Origin: an uncultured Alphaproteobacteria bacterium
GTDB taxonomy: Bacteria > Pseudomonadota > Alphaproteobacteria > Rhizobiales > Xanthobacteraceae
Assembly: GCA_963756715.1 (NCBI GenBank)
Contig: CAVWOV010000035.1
Location: 85,728 to 149,727, forward strand
Length of the DNA: 64,000 nt
Direction of reading: 5' to 3'
Shown here in pieces: positions 59,002 to 64,000 of the stretch. The position numbers and the translations under genes were made by a program. Below the pieces are notes generated by a model. It ran no database searches. It saw nothing but the letters and a program-made list of their open reading frames with translations, and had not been told where the DNA came from. Each line of letters opens with the position of its first letter. The stretch's first letter is position 1.

Positions 59002-60033
59002 TTAGTTCTTCAGCATTTCAATCGTGGAATTGAGGATGTCGCGGGCCTCCTTGTGGCCCTTGCCCTCCATCTTCGCCACCCACGCATTCCAGAGCGGCTC
59101 GCCGGCGACCTTGCGCCAGCGGTTTACCTCATCGGGCGGGACCACATAACGGTCGATTTCGTAGTTTCCGGCCTTCGCCCGATCGAGCGCGGCCTGTTCG
59201 GCGCTGTCGAAGAAATTCTTGCCCCAGAATTTCGCGCCGACCGCGCCGCTTACGCTCATGATCTGATCGCGTACGTCCTTGGGCAACGAATTCCATTTCT
59301 GCTTGTTCGCGCACACTGAAAAATAGGAGTCGTAGAACGGCGCCAGGGTGTAGTTCGTCACCACCTCGTAGAGCCGGAAGGCTTGAATCGCTTCCCACGG
59401 CACCGCCGCGCCATCCACCACCCCCTTGTCGAGGGATTGTAAAACGTCCGGCATCGGAATGAGGCTCGGCACCGCGCCAAGTGCTTTGGCCATCTCGGTG
59501 GGAGGTCCGCCCAGGACCCGGAGCTTCATGCCCTTGAGGTCTTCCAGCGTTTTCACCGGCTTCTTGGAGATCAGGAGGTTGGCTGAACTCGTATGCAGCA
59601 CGATCGGTTGAATTTCATCGTATTCCTTCTGAATGGACGGGAATTTCTCGTAGAGCTTCCACAGCACCTCACTGCTCTTCTCCGCCGTGGTGAGCGGCAG
59701 CAACGGCAGCGATATGACGTTCGACAGAGGCGTCTGCTCGGGCCAATAGCCCTGGACGCACCAGCCCATGTCGGCGACGCCGCTGCGAATGTCCTTCCAC
59801 ATGTCTACGCCTTTGATCAGCGTTTGGGACGGATAGAGCTGAATCTTGACGCGGCCATTTGTGGCTTGCTCGACCTGCTTCAGCCAAGGTTGAAGCGCGT
59901 GTGTCGAGCCCCATCCGGTCAGCGAGTTCTGGTCGGCGAAGGTCAGTTTGATGTCCTGCGCGTGGGCCGGGCTGGCGGCGGCGAGAGCAGCCGCGAGCAA
60001 GCCGCCGAACAAGAGCGTTCTTCTCTCGAACAT
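59002..60033 (-). CDS. dctP: TRAP transporter substrate-binding protein (DctP family); no DctQM genes in the window
   Basis: ATG 60033 gives [26 protein letters not shown] (signal peptide), followed by a DctP-like sequence. Confidence 0.8.
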   Translation of the reverse strand: MFERRTLLFGGLLAAALAAASPAHAQDIKLTFADQNSLTGWGSTHALQPWLKQVEQATNGRVKIQLYPSQTLIKGVDMWKDIRSGVADMGWCVQGYWPEQTPLSNVISLPLLPLTTAEKSSEVLWKLYEKFPSIQKEYDEIQPIVLHTSSANLLISKKPVKTLEDLKGMKLRVLGGPPTEMAKALGAVPSLIPMPDVLQSLDKGVVDGAAVPWEAIQAFRLYEVVTNYTLAPFYDSYFSVCANKQKWNSLPKDVRDQIMSVSGAVGAKFWGKNFFDSAEQAALDRAKAGNYEIDRYVVPPDEVNRWRKVAGEPLWNAWVAKMEGKGHKEARDILNSTIEMLKN

Positions 60034-60175
60034 CCGTTCACGTCCTCTTGTTTGCCCGGCCGATTGATCGTCGCCGCCTGGAGCCCGTGCCTGCCCCTGG
60101 GGCGGCGCAGGGGCTCCGACCGGCACGTAGATTAGAGCGCCTCGGCACCAGTCGGCAAATGCCTCGCCGTCCACT

Positions 60176-62437
60176 TCAAGGCAAGTTCAAGACGCGCTTG
60201 GCGATGATATTGCGCTGGATCTCCGAACTGCCCGCGAAGATCGTTTCGCGGTGGCTTTGCAGGAACGACAGCGCGGGGTTGACGGTGCCGTCTTCGACCA
60301 CAACCGCCTCCAGCATGGCGCCGTCGCTGCCGCAGGCTTCGACTGTGAGGAGGGTGATCTGCTGGGCAAGTTCGCTCGCGGCAAGCTTGAGAAACGATGA
60401 TTCCGGACCAAGCTGACGGCCGGTCCGGGTCAGGGCGACCGCATGTTCGTAGGCCGCGGCCAGCGAAAGCACTTCGATCTCGGCGGTCACGAGCTTGTCG
60501 GCGAAGACCGCATCTTGCGCCGCCAGCGCGGCTGCCGCTTTCTTCAGCCGCGTCAACGCGGCGACGCACTTCTGCGGGTTCGAGCTTTGCAACCGCTCTT
60601 GCGCGAGGAGCGCATTGGCGATCCGCCAGCCATCGTTGACCGCACCCACGACGTTGTCGCGTGGCACCCGGACATTGTCGAAGAACACTTCGGCCAGTTC
60701 CTCGTCTTCCGCGATCGTGCGGATCGGGCGCGCCGTAATGCCGGGCGTTTTCATATCGATCAGGATGAACGTGATGCCCGCCTGCTTCGCGGCTTCTGGG
60801 TCGGTGCGCACCAGAGCAAACATCCAATGCGCATTGTGCGCCCAGGTGGTCCAGATTTTCTGGCCGTTGATCACGAAGTGGTCGCCATCGAGGACTGCGG
60901 AGGTGCGCAAACTGGCGAGGTCGGAGCCAGCCCCTGGCTCGGAATAGCCTTGGCACCAGATCGTGTCCCCCGACAGCATGCCCGGCAGGTGCCGTGCCTT
61001 CTGCTCCTCGTTGCCGAGTGCGATCAGGATGGGCCCGACGTGACCGACGGCCTGCGCAGAGATTTCCGGTGCGCCGGCGCGGCCAAGCTCTTCCATCAGG
61101 ATGATCTGCTGTTGCAGGGGGGCGTCCATTCCGCCGTGCTTCTTGGGCCAACGCGGCGCAATCCATCCGCGCTGGAAAAGCTGGCGATGCCACCATATCG
61201 ACCGCGCGACCGCGGGCCGGGTCGGAAGATGGCGCAGATCGGCGGGCAGCGTCTGCTCGATCCAGGCGCGAACCTCCTGGCGGAAATCCTCGTCGCTCCG
61301 GTCCGGATTGCGAATGCTCGGCAGCGCGGCGCCCGAGCGGCCGGCGAGCAGTGCGGAATAGCGACGGCGCTGAAGGGCGACGGGACCACATGTCGCGGCC
61401 AGCGTCATGGCCCGCTTGAGCATGAGGCCGATGTCGTGCTCGTTGGTGAATCCGATCGCTCCATGCATCTGGATGCCGGACGGGATCACCGCGAGTGCGG
61501 CTTCGGAAGCCTTGATCTTCGCGGCGCAAGCCAGAGCTTCGAGATTGTCATCGAATTGCGCAAGCTTGGCAGCTTCGTAGAGCAGAGAGCGGGTGGCTTC
61601 GACCTTCACGTGATCGTTTACGGCGCGGTGCTGCAGCGCCTGGAACGAACCGATCGGACGGCCGAACTGTACCCGTATACGAAGATAGTCGAGTGTGCGG
61701 ATCGCCGCAGCGTGCATGATTCCGAGCAACTCGGCTGCCAGCCCGAAATTGAGAATGATGCCGATCTTCCGCATCAACGCATTTGCTGCCGCACCGCGCG
61801 CCAGGACGATGGTATCGCCGCCACGGACGTCCTTTAGGCTCACGTCGCCCAGCACGGTTCCGTCGATCGCGATCTTCTCCGTGACACCGACGCCTTTGCA
61901 ATCGCGCGGTAGATAGACCAATGCGGCCTCGTTCTCGATCAGGGCATTGATGACAAACCCGGTCGCAGCCGAGGCGGACGGAACCGCGACCCTGACGCCC
62001 GAGAAACAGACGTCTTGCGATCCGCCGGTAAAGACGATCGGATGATCGTCACCACCAGCCGAATTCGCAAAGGCCGGCACAATCAGCGCCTTTCCGGCGA
62101 GGGCGTCGTCCAGCATGTCAGGCGGGAGTGGTGCTTCGCTCCCCGCGAGCGCGACGATGCCGCCGATCGCCGGCGTGAGCGGAGCCGCTGACAGCGCGCC
62201 GCCCAGTTCCTCGGCCACCAGGCATAATTCGGTCAGTCCAAGTCCGCTGCCGCCCTGATCCGGCGGCAGCAGCAGACCGAGCCATCCGGCGGCGGCTGCT
62301 TCCTCGAAATCGCGCACCGCGAAGCGGCCAGGCAGTGCGGGCAGCCGGCGCAGCGGCGCACTGGGTCCGAGGCGTTTGGCGAAAGCGCCGACGCTCTGCC
62401 GCAGCATTGACTGCTCTTCATTCAGCAGAAGGTCCAT
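60176..62437 (-). CDS. Double acyl-CoA dehydrogenase (two ACAD-like units in one 753-aa polypeptide)
   Basis: The N-terminal ~370 aa are ACAD-like. The C-terminal unit has ..CQGYSEPGAGSDLASL..INGQKIWTT.. and ..IFAGSSEIQRNIIAKRVL. Confidence 0.8.
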   Translation of the reverse strand: MDLLLNEEQSMLRQSVGAFAKRLGPSAPLRRLPALPGRFAVRDFEEAAAAGWLGLLLPPDQGGSGLGLTELCLVAEELGGALSAAPLTPAIGGIVALAGSEAPLPPDMLDDALAGKALIVPAFANSAGGDDHPIVFTGGSQDVCFSGVRVAVPSASAATGFVINALIENEAALVYLPRDCKGVGVTEKIAIDGTVLGDVSLKDVRGGDTIVLARGAAANALMRKIGIILNFGLAAELLGIMHAAAIRTLDYLRIRVQFGRPIGSFQALQHRAVNDHVKVEATRSLLYEAAKLAQFDDNLEALACAAKIKASEAALAVIPSGIQMHGAIGFTNEHDIGLMLKRAMTLAATCGPVALQRRRYSALLAGRSGAALPSIRNPDRSDEDFRQEVRAWIEQTLPADLRHLPTRPAVARSIWWHRQLFQRGWIAPRWPKKHGGMDAPLQQQIILMEELGRAGAPEISAQAVGHVGPILIALGNEEQKARHLPGMLSGDTIWCQGYSEPGAGSDLASLRTSAVLDGDHFVINGQKIWTTWAHNAHWMFALVRTDPEAAKQAGITFILIDMKTPGITARPIRTIAEDEELAEVFFDNVRVPRDNVVGAVNDGWRIANALLAQERLQSSNPQKCVAALTRLKKAAAALAAQDAVFADKLVTAEIEVLSLAAAYEHAVALTRTGRQLGPESSFLKLAASELAQQITLLTVEACGSDGAMLEAVVVEDGTVNPALSFLQSHRETIFAGSSEIQRNIIAKRVLNLP

Positions 62438-62658
62438 GACGCACTCTCACATCCAGGATGACGTTCACTCGGGTCGATCGGGCACCGCAGCCGCATTGCA
62501 GCCAATCCGCGAGTTTGGCGATTGTGCAGGTGGCCGTTGCGGCGGGTCGATCGTGCGTTCGCTTGACCACCTTAGAATGAACCGGCACTTTCAGAAAGTC
62601 GGCCGCTTGCTCCCATCTTCCACCCCCACGCCAGGCCGGACCAGTACCAGAGGGAAAC

Positions 62659-63057
62659 ATGCCGAAGAAGCAGATCACGTCGTCCAAAATCCGCCAGCCG
62701 AACGGGCATTTTTCTCAGGCGACCATGATCGAAGCGCGCGGCCGGATGGTCTTCATTTCGGGCATGACGTCGCGGCGGGCCGACGGCACCATCGCGGGTG
62801 TTGGCGATATCGAAGCCCAGACACGGCAGGTGTGCGAGAATCTGAAGGCGGCCGTAGAGGAAGCCGGTGGAACCATGGACGATATCTGCCGCGTCGACGT
62901 GTATGTCCGCAACATGGAACATTTCGACCAAATCCATAAAGTCCGGCGGGAGTTTTTTAAGCCGCCGGCGCCGGCCTCGACCATGGTCGAAATCTGCAAG
63001 ATGACCTCGCCCGACTATCTGATCGAGATCAACGCCATCGCGGTGATCGCGGACTGA
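62659..63057 (+). CDS. ridA: RidA/YjgF-family protein
   Basis: 132 aa. ..GHFSQATMIEARGRMVFISG..VDVYVRNMEHFDQ..STMVEICKM..LIEINAIAV is typical RidA. Confidence 0.85.
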   Translation: MPKKQITSSKIRQPNGHFSQATMIEARGRMVFISGMTSRRADGTIAGVGDIEAQTRQVCENLKAAVEEAGGTMDDICRVDVYVRNMEHFDQIHKVRREFFKPPAPASTMVEICKMTSPDYLIEINAIAVIAD

Positions 63058-63084
63058 CGGCGCGGTGCCGACTGGCGCCGCCGC

Positions 63085-64000
63085 TCACAGCTTGATGCGG
63101 AGCAGGTGCGCGATCTCGCCGACAATGCCGCGGCGGAACAGCAGCACGCAAATGACGAAGATCGAGCCCTGCACGACGAACACCCACTGACCGATGGTGG
63201 TCAGATAGTTTTCCAGCGTGACCACGAAGAACGCCCCGGCGACCGGCCCGAACACGGTCCCGAGGCCGCCGACCAGCGTCATGAGGATGACTTCGCCCGA
63301 CATCGGCCAGTCGACATCAGTCAGCGACGCAAGCTGAAAGACGATTGCCTTGGTGGCGCCGGCGAGCCCTGCGAGGCTCGCCGAGAGAACGAAAGCGACG
63401 AGCTTATAGCGGTCGGTGTGATAGCCGAGTGAAATGGCGCGCTGCTCGTTCTCGCGAATGGCCTTGAGCACCTCGCCGAATGGCGAATTGATAATGCGGT
63501 GGATCAGCAGAAAGCCGCCGAGGAAGATCGCCAGCACGGTGAAATACATGTTGGTCTGATTGGCGAGATCGATAAATCCAAACAGCTTTCCGCGCGGTAC
63601 TGCCTGGATGCCGTCCTCGCCATGGGTGAAGGGCGCCTGGATGGCGAAAAAGTACATCATCTGCGCCAGCGCGAGCGTGATCATGGCGAAATAGATGCCC
63701 TGCCGGCGGATCGCGAGCGCGCCGACAATCAGGCCGAGCAGGCCGGCGAACAACGCGCCGCCGATAATGGCGAGTTCCGGTGGGAGCGGCGGCAGCGGGA
63801 TCGCCAGCCATTGCCACGAGCCAAGCCAATAGGGCAGGCTGATTGCGCCGACCTTCGCGAGATGCGCGGACACATAGGCGCCCCAGCCGAAAAACAGCGC
63901 ATGGCCGAATGACAGCAGTCCGACGTAACCGATCAGCAGATTGAAGGCGCAGGCGAAGAGCGCAAAACACAGCGCCTTCATCAGAAAGACCGGATAGGCA
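63085..64000 (-). CDS. Branched-chain amino-acid ABC permease (LivM-like), 5' end beyond the window
   Basis: ..NLLIGYVGLLSFGHALFFGWGAY..IRENEQRAISLGY... The frame stays open upstream of Met 63981 (..AYPVFL-M..) to the window edge. Confidence 0.85.
   Translation of the reverse strand, partial: AYPVFLMKALCFALFACAFNLLIGYVGLLSFGHALFFGWGAYVSAHLAKVGAISLPYWLGSWQWLAIPLPPLPPELAIIGGALFAGLLGLIVGALAIRRQGIYFAMITLALAQMMYFFAIQAPFTHGEDGIQAVPRGKLFGFIDLANQTNMYFTVLAIFLGGFLLIHRIINSPFGEVLKAIRENEQRAISLGYHTDRYKLVAFVLSASLAGLAGATKAIVFQLASLTDVDWPMSGEVILMTLVGGLGTVFGPVAGAFFVVTLENYLTTIGQWVFVVQGSIFVICVLLFRRGIVGEIAHLLRIKL

Overview
High-GC (about 65-70% by eye) alphaproteobacterial-type chromosome segment. The REP-like hairpins, many Bug/TctC and Liv-type binding proteins and GEGWGEG-type palindromes suggest a Bradyrhizobium/Rhodopseudomonas-like organism; this is a low-confidence inference. 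The outer parts (1-20 kb and 45.8-64 kb) are ordinary transport and catabolism: a LivFG/HM/K-type ABC system, SDR, alpha/beta hydrolase, P450 plus cyclase, two molybdopterin hydroxylase large subunits, a Pot-like ABC operon containing an ADP-forming acyl-CoA synthetase, TctBA/TctC, pirin, LLM oxidoreductase, FAH-family and VOC enzymes, cspA, hmgA-fahA, DctP, a double acyl-CoA dehydrogenase and RidA. The centre (about 21.3-45.6 kb) looks accessory. It holds a 12.5-kb trimodular NRPS (C-A-T / C-A-T-E / C-A-T-TE; hand-read codes Thr, unassigned, Gln-like) with an EntD-type PPTase, an MbtH-like protein, a SyrD/PvdE-type cyclic-peptide exporter translationally coupled to an SPFH protein, an SbmA/BacA-type ABC transporter, and a ParA-like ATPase coupled to one of two DUF697 paralogues. 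The NRPS reading frame is broken about 20 times. It also contains 99%-identical 0.8-kb internal repeats, a roughly 50% GC decayed A2 core and in-frame 15/30-nt tandem repeats. Single frameshifts, several on short base runs, also occur in conserved genes elsewhere (livF, hydrolase, tctBA, Mo-hydroxylase, hmgA), so sequencing indels cannot be separated from real decay without reads. Two families of structured intergenic repeats are present. No rRNA, tRNA, CRISPR, transposase or integrase was recognised.
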